This document shows positions 24,001-36,000 of a stretch of DNA of 64,000 bases, one piece after another. The stretch covers positions 268,490-332,489 of the forward strand of contig NW_004797888.1 in assembly GCF_000002075.1 (NCBI RefSeq), in the 5' to 3' direction. The notes below the pieces were generated by a model, which was not told the origin of the DNA, did no database searches, and saw nothing but the letters and a program-made list of their open reading frames with translations. Both the position numbers and the translations under genes were made by a program. Numbering within the stretch: position 1 is the first letter of the stretch; each line of letters opens with the position of its first letter. This stretch comes from Aplysia californica. Its lineage: Eukaryota.

Positions 24001-27000
24001 TCTTTAATGAGATCAAAAACTTATTTTCCTATTTGTTCCCGGTGGGACTAGATTTTCTATTCCTCTTTCTGTGATTTCTCTCTCAGGAATATGTCAACAT
24101 GCTCATGCCTCCACTAATCCAGAAATGGAACATGCTCAAGGATGAAGATAAAGATTTGTTCCCTCTTCTGGAGGTAAGTGCCATATGGTTTGTGACTACA
24201 AGTTGTTCTGAATCAGACAGGCCAAAATCTCAACTGGGATTCATATTTGGGTAATAGTATTTTTATGTTGTTAAATCTCTAAACTAAAATATTTTGTTTT
24301 TGTTTTATTGGTTTTATTTAACATTTTTCATGATAGAAATAGAAAATTATTCCGTAATTTGCTATTATCTTGTGGAGAGTTATTTTTGTTAATTTGGCGT
24401 TCAAATGTCACAAGTTGCAGAAGGTTTTTCTTGTTTTTAGCTTTGTATTCTGTAAGTTTTGATAGGGCTTTACTTTTTGAATGCCACTCCCAACTTGTCT
24501 TGCATAAAAATCTTTCCTCGATTCTGTGAGCCTTGCTCATTGCTACACATCTGTCTGTCCCATTTTCAGTGTTTGAGCAGTGTGGCCACAGCCCTGCAGT
24601 CTGGCTTCCTTCCATATTGTGAGCCAGTGTATCAGAGATGTGTTTGTCTGGTGGAGCAGACCCTCACGCAGAACTTTGTAAGTAGACTTGGAGTCGGGTA
24701 TCTATCATGTATTGGGCTGCTTTGCTCAGTTCTTCATGTTCCCATGACCATGCTGATCCCTGTGTTATCAGTTTAATTTTTTAAACCATGTGGCAGATAT
24801 ATGCTGAAAATTTATGAATGCTGAGAAATTAAGTCACCTTTCTAAATCGCATCTGACCATCTCTTTGTTGTTCAGTTTCGGAAGTAGAAAGGACATTACT
24901 TGGATACCCACCCATTCCACTCTGTTTCCTCAACAGATGTGGACAGTTTGGTATCCTACATAAATGTTTCCCTGTTTGGTTTCTTTAAACTTTTTTGTGT
25001 CATTCTCCCCTTTCCCTCGGTCAACACCCACCAATTTTGCATATTTTGGCATTTTCATTTATGTTTCAGGGGTCCTCATGCAATAATCTATCTACTCCAG
25101 ATGGACATGTATATCAATGGGAAGGGAATTGGATGGTCTTTCAGACGTAGATTTCATTTTTGTCAAGCTGGCTTGAAGTGGGACCTTTTCTCTTGTTACA
25201 AAAAATAGAAGAAAAAAAAAAGAAATCACACTTTTCTAACAGTCACAAAGAAGGGGTGAAATTGTTTGAGAATTTAGAGTTTACAATTATTTCATGGAAA
25301 AGTGCATTCAGTTCTGCATATTATGTGTCAAAGATGCACCATTCTGTTTGGGAAAATAAAGAAATGAGAGCCATTCTAGTACATCCTACAATTCCTAGTT
25401 ATTGCTCTTGAATCTGGAAATTTCATATCATGACTTTTTGCTCTCGAGCTTACCGCAATAATCTTATGGTTCCATATAGACATATACCAATAGAAAGGAA
25501 ATTAGATGGTCTTTCAGACCTAGCCTATAGATTTAATGTTTTTCAAGCTTTCTTGAGGTNNNNNNNNNNNNNNNNNNNNNNNNNNNNNNNNNNNNNNNNN
25601 NNNNNNNNNNNNNNNNNNNNNNNNNNNNNNNNNNNNNNNNNNNNNNNNNNNNNNNNNNNNNNNNNNNNNNNNNNNNNNNNNNNNNNNNNNNNNNNNNNNN
25701 NNNNNNNNNNNNNNNNNNNNNNNNNNNNNNNNNNNNNNNNNNNNNNNNNNNNNNNNNNNNNNNNNNNNNNNNNNNNNNNNNNNNNNNNNNNNNNNNNNNN
25801 NNNNNNNNNNNNNNNNNNNNNNNNNNNNNNNNNNNNNNNNNNNNNNNNNNNNNNNNNNNNNNNNNNNNNNNNNNNNNNNNNNNNNNNNNNNNNNNNNNNN
25901 NNNNNNNNNNNNNNNNNNNNNNNNNNNNNNNNNNNNNNNNNNNNNNNNNNNNNNNNNNNNNNNNNNNNNNNNNNNNNNNNNNNNNNNNNNNNNNNNNNNN
26001 NNNNNNNNNNNNNNNNNNNNNNNNNNNNNNNNNNNNNNNNNNNNNNNNNNNNNNNNNNNNNNNNNNNNNNNNNNNNNNNNNNNNNNNNNNNNNNNNNNNN
26101 NNNNNNNNNNNNNNNNNNNNNNNNNNNNNNNNNNTAACCCTGTTCCTCATCAGACTTGTTTTTCGGAACTGTTCCCGAACCAATTTTTTTAGAAATGAGT
26201 AAGCCTTTGTTTATGCTCTTTAGAAGTTGAAGCAAGCTTTTGGGGTGTTATGAGACATAATGCTCCAGGTTTAGGTGACTGTAGAAAAAATACTCCGGGA
26301 AACGGTGGAAAATACTCGGGGCTTAAGGAGTTATGTCTCTTTAAAGTTGGATAGTGCAGTCATAATATGCCATCATGTCAGCGTGTCTAAGATAATGTTT
26401 CTGTGTGGGTGTCGGGTGTTCTGGTGTGGTTTGCTTCTTCTTCCCTTTCAAACACCTATTGTCTTTATCGCCCCTCCGTTTTTGTGTTTGTTACTCTCTT
26501 GCAACACCTGTAATGTTCGGCATTTATATGACCTTATTGTGTTGCAAGTGCCGTAAAACTCTTTACTAAAACCAAACTGTTTCTGTGTGTACAGGCCAAC
26601 ATGTCTCAACCGGATCAGTACGACCCCCCCGACAAAGACTTCATGATTGTTGCACTGGACCTGCTGTCTGGCCTGGCTGAGGGCCTGGAGGGTCACATCG
26701 AGGGGCTGGTGGCCAACAGCAACATACTCAAGCTGCTCTTCCAGTGCATGCAGGTAAACACATGTAGCATTAAAAGATGTAGCGTGGTTACATTTTTTTT
26801 CAAATATTCAAAACTCTCTTGGAGTTAAGAGTGTCACAGCGAAACCAAGTTTTCAATTTCACATCATGTGCAACTAAATTAACATGCACACTTGGTTTAA
26901 AGTTTCTTTGATTGATCAGCGTTTTTTATCCCTATAGATTAGAATTTTTTGCTGTTGTAGAAATCTAAATGTATGTGTTGTATCTGCCCAGGACCCAATG

Positions 27001-30000
27001 CCAGAAGTGCGCCAGAGTTCTTTTGCTCTTCTTGGGGACCTCACCAAAGCTTGTTTCCAGCATGTGCGACCATTTATTTGTAAGTTGTTCTCTTCAGTTT
27101 ATTTGTAGATTCTCCTGTTGCATGTTTTACTAGCCTCAGCTCGTGAACTACAATTTAAGTATGGTCGCATGTTCACAGATGTCTGTCAGTATGTGCTACC
27201 TAGTATGGGACTGGAAGTGATGACAGCTTTGAGCATTGACACTTAATGATGTTTGCTAGTATTCGTACTGTCTGATCTGGAAACCTGAATAGAGGTGCAT
27301 AAAACATCTTTTTTTCTGTCAAGTTGGTAGTGACATTCAAATAGTTTAAGACACTTGTTTTTGTACTGAATTAAGCACTCCCTACTAAAGTAGTATGTTG
27401 ACACATACTTTTTGAATAAATGGAATTAAAATGCGAAATAAATTGATTAATACAGTTTAAAAAACCCACAAAACAATACACAAAAGAGAACCCAGGGGCA
27501 GTTGCACATAAAGTCCCTTTTGAAGATCCAGGGGACCCTCCTCCCCCCTCNNNNNNNNNNNNNNNNNNNNNNNNNNNNNNNNNNNNNNNNNNNNNNNNNN
27601 NNNNNNNNNNNNNNNNNNNNNNNNNNNNNNNNNNNNNNNNNNNNNNNNNNCCTACAATTCCTAGTTATTGCTCTTGAATCTGGAAATTTCATATCATGAC
27701 TTTTTGCTCTCGAGCTTACCGCAATAATCTTATTGGTTCCATATAGACATATACCAATAGAAAGGAAATTAGATGGTCTTTCAGACCTAGCTTATAGATT
27801 TCATGTTTTTCAAGCTTTATTGAGGTGTGACATTTTTTGTGTCACTAAATGTAGATACAAAAACAGAAATCGGACTACCCCAACAATCACAAAGAAGAAA
27901 AAAAAAGTCACAATTTGGAGTTAACAATAATTTGATGAGAAAGTACATTCAAATCTGCATGTAATGTGTAAAAGAACCTCATTCTGTTGAAAAATACAGA
28001 AATGAGGGCCGTTCTTGTGCATTCTACAAATTCTCGTTTTTTGCCCTTGAAACTGAAAATTTCAGAGAGAGAATTTTATAATAAAACCATCAATTTTAAT
28101 ACATATTTTACATTTAAAAAATTCTATTTAGTCATTTTTATTTGATAAACATGCCATACAAAATCTTTCTTTATAAAAGTAAATGTATTTTATGGGCGAA
28201 ATACCACATCACCAGCCTTTGTATATATTTATACGATACTGCATTAACTGCTGGGAGTTCCCTCTGAACCCCATCAGACGCTGGGAACCTTCGGTGGTAA
28301 TAACCCTGTTCCTCATCAGACTTGTTTTTCGGAACTGTTCCCGAACCAATTTTTTTAGAAATGAGTAAGCCTTTGTTTACGCTCTTTAGAAGTTGAAGCA
28401 AGCTTTTGGGGTGTTATGAGACATAATGCTCCAGGTTTAGGTGACTGTAGAAAAAATACTCCGGGAAACGGTGGAAAATACTCGGGGCTTAAGGAGTTAT
28501 GTCTCTTTACAGTTGGATAGTGCAGTCATAATATGCCATCATGTCAGCGTGTCTAAGATAATGTTTCTGTGTGGGTGTCGGGTGTTCTGGTGTGGTTTGC
28601 TTCTTCTTCCCTTTCAAACACCTATTGTCTTTATCGCCCCTCCGTTTTTGTGTTTGTTACTCTCTTGCAACACCTGTAATGTTCGGCATTTATATGACCT
28701 TATTGTGTTGCAAGTGCCGTAAAACTCTTTACTAAAACTAACTGTTTCTGTGTGTGCAGGCCAACATGTCTCAACCGGATCAGTACGACCCCCCCGACAA
28801 AGACTTCATGATTGTTGCACTGGACCTGCTGTCTGGCCTGGCTGAGGGCCTGGAGGGTCACATCGAGGGGCTGGTGGCCAACAGCAACATACTCAAGCTG
28901 CTCTTCCAGTGCATGCAGGTAAACACATGTAGCGTGGGTACATTTTTTTCAAATATTCAAAACTCTTGGAGTTAAGAGTGTCACAGCGAAACCAAGTTTT
29001 CAATTCCACATCATGTGCAACTTAATTAACATGCACACTTGGTTTAAAGTTTCTTTGATTGATCAGCGTTTTTTTTCCCTATATAGAATTTTTTGCTGTT
29101 GTAGAAATCTAAATGTATGTGTTGTATCTGCCCAGGACCCAATGCCAGAAGTGCGCCAGAGTTCTTTTGCTCTTCTTGGGGACCTCACCAAAGCTTGTTT
29201 CCAGCATGTGCGACCATTTATTTGTAAGTTGTTCTCTTCAGTTTATTTGTAGATTCTCCTGTTGCATGTTTTACTAGCCTCAGCTCGTGAACTACAATTT
29301 AAGTATGGTCGCATGTTCACAGAAGTGATGACAGCTTTGAGCATTGACACTTAATGATGTTTGCTAGTATTCGTACTGTCTGATCTGGAAACCTGAATAG
29401 AGGTGCATAAAACAGCTTTTTTTCTGTCATGTTGGGAGTGACATTCAAATAGTTAGGACACTTGCACTGAATTAAGCACTCCCTACCAAAGTAGTATGTC
29501 GATATATACTTTTTGAATAAATGGAATTAAAATGCGAAATAAATTGATTAATACATTTTTAAAAACCCACAAAACAATACACAAAAGAGAACCCAGGGGC
29601 AGTTGCACATAAAGTCCCTTTTGAAGATCCAGGGGACCCTCCTCCCCCCTCTTTACATGTAGTCAATATGATTGTTCCCTTGATGCTCGTCTTGCCCATT
29701 GTGTAGTACCCCTTGACTAGAAAGAGCGTTAAACCCATGCCTTGAGTAGTATTGAGTCTTATATCAAGCGCTCGCGGGCGGTATGGGGATGTTTCAATGA
29801 TTGCTGATGGGTAGTCAGATTCACCTGTTACAGCTCGTGAACTGCGGTTAAAGTATCGTATGTTCAGAGGCCTTGTCAGTATTTACTGCCTGGTATTGGA
29901 CTGGAAGTGATGACAGCTTTGAGCATTGACACTTAATGATGTTTGCTAGTATTCGTACTGTCTGATCTGGAAACCTGAATAGAGGTGCATAAAACATCTT

Positions 30001-33000
30001 TTTTTTCCTGTCAAGTTGGTAGTGACATTCAAATAGTTAAGACACTTGTTTTTGCACTGAATTAAGCACTCCCTACCAAAGTAGTATGTCGATACATACT
30101 TTCTGAATAAATGGAATTAAAATGCGAAATAAATTGATTAATACATTTTTAAAAACCCACAAAACAATACACAAAAGAGAACCCAGGGGCAGTTGCACAT
30201 AAAGTCCCTTTTGAAGATCCAGGGGACCCTCCTCCCCCCTCTTTACATGTAGTTCATATGATTGTTCCCTTGATGCTCGTCTTGCCCATTGAGTAGCACC
30301 CCTTTACTAGAAAGAGGGTTAAACCCATGCCTTGAGTAGTATTGAGTCTTATATCAAGCGCTCGCGGGCGGTATGGGGATGTTTCAATGATTGCTGATGG
30401 GTAATCAGATTCACCTGTTACAACTCGTGAACTGCGGTTAAAGTATCATCGTATGTTCAGAGGTCTTGTCAGTATTTACTGCCTGGTATTGGACTGGAAG
30501 TGATGACAGCTTTGAGCATTGACACTTAATGATGTTTGCTAGTATTCGTACTGTCTGATCCGGAGACGTGGATAGAGGTGCTTAAAGCATCTTTTTTTTT
30601 GGTGGTCAACTTCTATTTTCTATTGCAGTCTTTCCCCAAGAGAAAGTAATTTACCTGTATACTTCTCATCATACTCTAATGTGTATCTTGGACTATAATG
30701 CTGTTAAACTGAACTGCCTCTGTGGTCAAATGTTTTATCTAAAAAAATAATTTTTTTGTCTAGTTTCCTGGATGTTATCGTTAGGAGTGGGTGTCTGCCA
30801 ATTATTAAGGTGTCCTGGAGTGACACATGATTTTGGAGCTGATTCAGTGATTGCTGAGTAATGGTGGTACTGAGAGCTCATTAACTGGGACTGACATTTG
30901 TAAGCACTAAAGGTCATGAGGGGCTGGCTGTGTAGCTTCATTTCTTCTTTTTTTTTTGGTCCCGTGTCCTGATTTTGGTGCCCATATTTGTAGGTTGCCT
31001 AAAAATGTATTGACATGGTGCAGATTGTTTTCAAGAAAAGGGGGAATTGTTTACTCGTTGGTGGTGATCATGATGATGATTATTTATGGTGACGATCATG
31101 ATGCTCTGATGTTGGTAATGTGCATATATTAGTCTTAGTGTTAAGTGTTGTTTTTTGTTGTTGTTTTTTGGGGGTTTTTTGTTGTTGTTTCTTTGGCGCT
31201 TACTCTAGATCCCTGCCAAGCTGTCCTGGGGGGCAGAACACTACCCTCATTCCCAACTCCTGGCATAGAGTGACAAAAAAATTGGAAATAATTTGTCATC
31301 TTCATCTCTATATTTAATAAAAGTTTGCTAAGAAATCACATGGGGGCCGCTTGTAAGTGATGACATTGTTAGTGTGTTTGTTACCCTATGTCTATGCTAT
31401 ATTTTCAAAACAGTGAAAAAGGAGTGTGGCCAATAACTCTGTCGCGTCTTAATTTGGTCAGGGTCCATAAAACGTTCAATGTTTACTTGTGTTTTAGTTT
31501 GATTTTTTTTTTTTTCTTTTTACAAGAAAACTGGATGAGGTGCAGAACATCAGTGATCAGTTTTTTTTGGTTTTTTTTTTTACTTCACAGCGGAATTCAT
31601 GCCAATCCTGGGAGCTAACTTGAACCCAGAATTCATCTCTGTGTGTAATAATGCTACTTGGGCCATTGGGGAAATCTCCATCAAAATGGGTGAGTATATG
31701 TGATCACAGTGCAGCTGTTATGTCCTCAATGAAACGTTTTAGGACAAGTGTTTTAGCTGCAAGTAAGCTTTAGTACAAATAAATTGTGAACTNNNNNNNN
31801 NNNNNNNNNNNNNNNNNNNNNNNNNNNNNNNNNNNNNNNNNNNNNNNNNNNNNNNNNNNNNNNNNNNNNNNNNNNNNNNNNNNNNNNNNNNNGTTAAACC
31901 CATGCCTTGAGTAGTATTGAGTCTTATATCAAGCGCTCGCGGGCGGTATGGGGATGTTTCAATGATTGCTGATGGGTAATCAGATTCACCTGTTACAACT
32001 CGTGAACTGCGGTTAAAGTATCATCGTATGTTCAGAGGTCCTGTCAGTATTTACTGCCTGGTATTGGACTGGAAGTGATGACAGCTTTGAGCATTGACAC
32101 TTAATGATGTTTGCTAGTATTCGTACTGTCTGATCCGGAGACGTGGATAGAGGTGCTTAAAGCATCTTTTTTTTTTTTTGGTCAACTTCTATTTTCTATT
32201 GCAGTCTTCCCCCAAGAGAAAGTAATTTACCTGTATACTTCTCATCATACTCTAATGTGTATCTTGGACTATAATGCTGTTAAACTGAACTGCCTCTGTG
32301 GTCAAATGTTTTATCTAAAAAAAAAAATTTTTTTGTCTAAAGTTTCCTGGATGTTATCGTTAGGAGTGGGTGTCTGCCAATTATTAAGGTATCCTGGAGT
32401 GACACATGATTTTGGAGCTGATTCAGTGATTGCTGAGTAATGGTGGTACTGAGAGCTCATTAACTGGGACTGACATTTGTAAACACTAAACAAGCACTAA
32501 AGGTCATGAGGGGCTGGCTGTGTAGCTTCATTTCTTCTTCTTCTTTTTTTTTTTGGTCCCGTGTCCTGATTTTGGTGCTCATATTTGTAGGTTGCCTAAA
32601 AATGTATTGACATGGTGCAGATTGTTTTCAAGAAAAGGGGGAATTGTTTACTCGTTGGTGGTGATCATGATGATGATTATTTATGGTGACGATCATGATG
32701 CTCTGATGTTGGTAATGTGCATATATTAGTCTTAGTGTTAAGTGTTGTTTTTTGTTGTTGTTGTTTTTTTGGGGTTTTTTTAGTTGTTGTTTCTTTGGCG
32801 CTTACTCTAGATCCCTGCCAAGCTGTCCTGGGGGGCATAACACTACCCTCAATCCCAACTCCTGGCATAGAGTGACAAAAAAATTGGAAATATTTTGTCA
32901 TCTTCATCTCTATATTTAATAAAAGTTTGCTAAGAAATCACATGGGGGCCGCTTGTAAGTGATGACATTGTTAGTGTGTTTGTTACCCTATGTCTATGCT

Positions 33001-36000
33001 ATATTTTCAAAACAGTGAAAAAGGAGTGTGGCCAATAACTCTGTCGCGTCTTAATTTGGTCAGGGTCCATAAAACGTTCAATGTTTACTTGTGTTTTAGT
33101 TTGATTTTTTTTAAATTAAAAAAAATATTTTTTTTTTACAAGAAAACTGGATGAGGTGCAGAACATCCAGTGATCAGTTTTTTTTGGTTTTTTTTTTTAC
33201 TTCACAGCGGAATTCATGCCAATCCTTGGAGCTAACTTGAACCCAGAATTCATCTCTGTGTGTAATAATGCTACTTGGGCCATTGGGGAAATCTCCATCA
33301 AAATGGGTGAGTATATGTGATCACAGTGCAGCTGTTATGTCCTCAATGAAACGTTTTAGGACAAGTGTTTTAGCTGCAAGTAAGCTTTAGTACAAATAAA
33401 TTGTGAACTTAATTAAAAGTTTTTGTGTCCTTGCTTCACTTCTTACAGTGCTTTAAAATCAGGAGAAAGAAATAGGTGTGTGAATTTGTAGACCTAAAAC
33501 AGGACAACACAGCTGGTGCCAGGCGTACTCTGGGTTTTGAAGGAAATAAAAAGTGTACTACATGTGTTCATGTGTGAAGGGGTGCAACAGAAAGGATGTT
33601 TTTACTTGTAATTTTAGATCTGCATGTTTGCCGACAATCATCTGAAATCCGACAATTGCGACCCGGCTGATGCTGTCGCTAGGCCCACCTGTATTAGTCA
33701 ATGTATGTGAAATGCCAGCGTCCCCTTTTTTTTCCGGTTAGCTTTGTCGGCACTTTCGTTTTCGTGCCGACGTCGGCGTTTCCGAATTGATTGTGGGAAC
33801 CTAAGTAGAAATACGAATACGAAAAAGGACGATGACCTAAATGATCTACTTTCAGTTTCATGCTTGAGCGGCCATTTTGAATTTCGTCTGTTAACTGATT
33901 ATTCGGATGAGGATTAATTCAAGTTCTATTCTCTTGTTCTTCTAGGTCTAGATAGATCATTATAGACCGTAATGGAGGATTCATATTCCAATTCTATTGT
34001 GCCAAACCTCATTATAGGTTGTGCTGTAATATTAATGTTGGTAAAAGAGCATTTCATCAGGTGCGTAAATTAATAGACTCAGCTGAGTCTATGACCGTGG
34101 TCCCTGAGTTCGGAATCAGATGCAAAATTTTCTGACAATCTGGTTGAGGGTGACATGCAGGTCTTTAATTTGTTTCCTTGTCAATTCTTGAAGAACCTTA
34201 CATTCTCCCTCCTGCAGGTGCCGACATGCAGCCCTTCATTGGGATGGTGTTGACTCAACTGATTGACATCATTAACCGCTCCAATACTCCCAAGACTCTG
34301 TTGGAAAACACAGGTGGGTGATCAGAATATAAGTTGCACCATTTTACCCCCCTTACTAATTATGATATATCCACCCTTTCGGTTTGCCGTTAGGAATATT
34401 GTAGAGGGATGGTATTGTTCCGTCACCCTGAGCATCTGGTAGTCTGCTGGTCTTACTAGGGTTCTCTAGATTCTGCCGCAAAATGGGCTGGTCTTACTAG
34501 GGTTATTCTCTGGATTCTGCCGCAAAATGGGCTTTGGGGGGGGGGGGCATTGCCTTCCTGCCAGATTGACAGTATTGGATATACCCAGCAGCCACTGTGG
34601 CATGTAAAGCTTTCGCTCAATAAAGGAAGGGGTGTTCTATAAGCAGGGTAATCTTTTGGGTGAGTGCCAACTCCCATCGTAGAGAAATATTCTGACAGTG
34701 ATGAGATGGGCTGGTGGTTTGCGTCCCCTCGTGATTGTATGTGTGTGTTCCTCCTTGTGTACCTGATGACCCTGGCGCACTTAGCTCCACTTGTAGCAGC
34801 TTTCCACAGTAACATGGTTTCATGAGTTTTAGTACATCTACCTACTTACGTTCACTATTCATACTTCAGTTGTGTTACCATGCCCTTTCTGTATATGTTG
34901 TGTGTGATACTGAAACTGGTTACTTTTATTGGGTTTTTAAACCACAAAATTTGTGTGAGTGCAACTCGTAACAATAGAAACATTTTTGTTGTCTAGGTTA
35001 CCTAGTTTGGTTTATTTGCCCTTATGCCTTAAATATGATTTGTGCCAAGAAAATTTCCCGAAATACTTTAATTCATTACTTTTATTTTCTGTATCAAGAT
35101 TGCAGCTGGGAATAATATAAACTTTTTTTGTGGTCAAGGTTATCTAGTTTGATTTGTTTGCCTTAATGCCTTTGGTATTACTTGTTAACCAGAACAGTGC
35201 TGGAGGTTATTGTTGGGAAGTTAAAAAGTTACCCTAGTAAGGAAGTTGTGAAAAGATGGTTGTAAGTGTCTGTATTGATATTTGCAATTGGTGTGGGAAG
35301 GATGATGGGGGTGTTAAATGATCTCAGGCGACGGACGGCTCTTACCCGTGTCATTGGCTGTCTGCTCTACTCTGCCTTGTTCCGTGAGAGAGGTGGACCG
35401 AATTGCTATGATGTTGGGAACTAGAAGCTTCTCTGTCGGGTGCTTTGTCAGACATGTGTTATGTCATGTTGTTGTCATGTATGACTAATTCTTTTACTTT
35501 TTTATTTTTTCTTCTCAGGGGAGATTTATTTTTTTCAGATGCACTTTGTTGAAATTATTATTATTATTATTATTATTGTTTATTTTATTTCTTGGCTGTG
35601 CGGTTGACTGTAATGTATTGTTGACGTTGTATGTTCTTTCTTCCCATTATATTTGCCTTCTTCGTGCGTTGTATCGTCACCATGTGCTCGTCATCGTCCT
35701 GGTTGGTTACATAGCCATAACTATTGGGAGACTGGGCTTAGTTTGCCCGCAAGACGTGGCCCCACTATTACAACAGTTTATCAGACAATGGTAATTTTTT
35801 TTTTAATTCCTTTGCTATAGTTTCTTTTGGTTTCGCTCTTTGATTGTAACTTTTCTTTATACTTGAGTAATCTTTAAGTTTTTGTCGTGTGTGCTTTGAT
35901 TTCATTTCTTTGTCTTCTTTTTTTTATATTTTATTTAGAGTATGGCAAACATTTTTGTGTAATTATATCCCTTCTTAAGTGAAATGTTGTATGTTCATCA

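Noticed and set aside
28260-28350. CTGATGA...GAAG on the minus strand resembling a hammerhead core (similar CTGATGA at ~4783, ~5413 and ~62717)
   Set aside because: No GAAA after a proper stem II and no NUH cleavage triplet with a matching stem III
30765-30899. Possible extra H/ACA snoRNA (ACATGA ... ACAttt)
   Set aside because: The first stem is mostly G-U, the second hairpin ends ~14 nt before ACA, there is no recognisable target, and it repeats only through the haplotype duplication
34360-34432. C/D-like segment ATGATA...CCGTCACCCTGA
   Set aside because: Degenerate C box, no terminal stem, and only a short rRNA complement
34750-34820. Possible mutually exclusive paralog of exon 19 (LAPLVAAF)
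   Set aside because: No TIGRLG-like motif and no suitable acceptor
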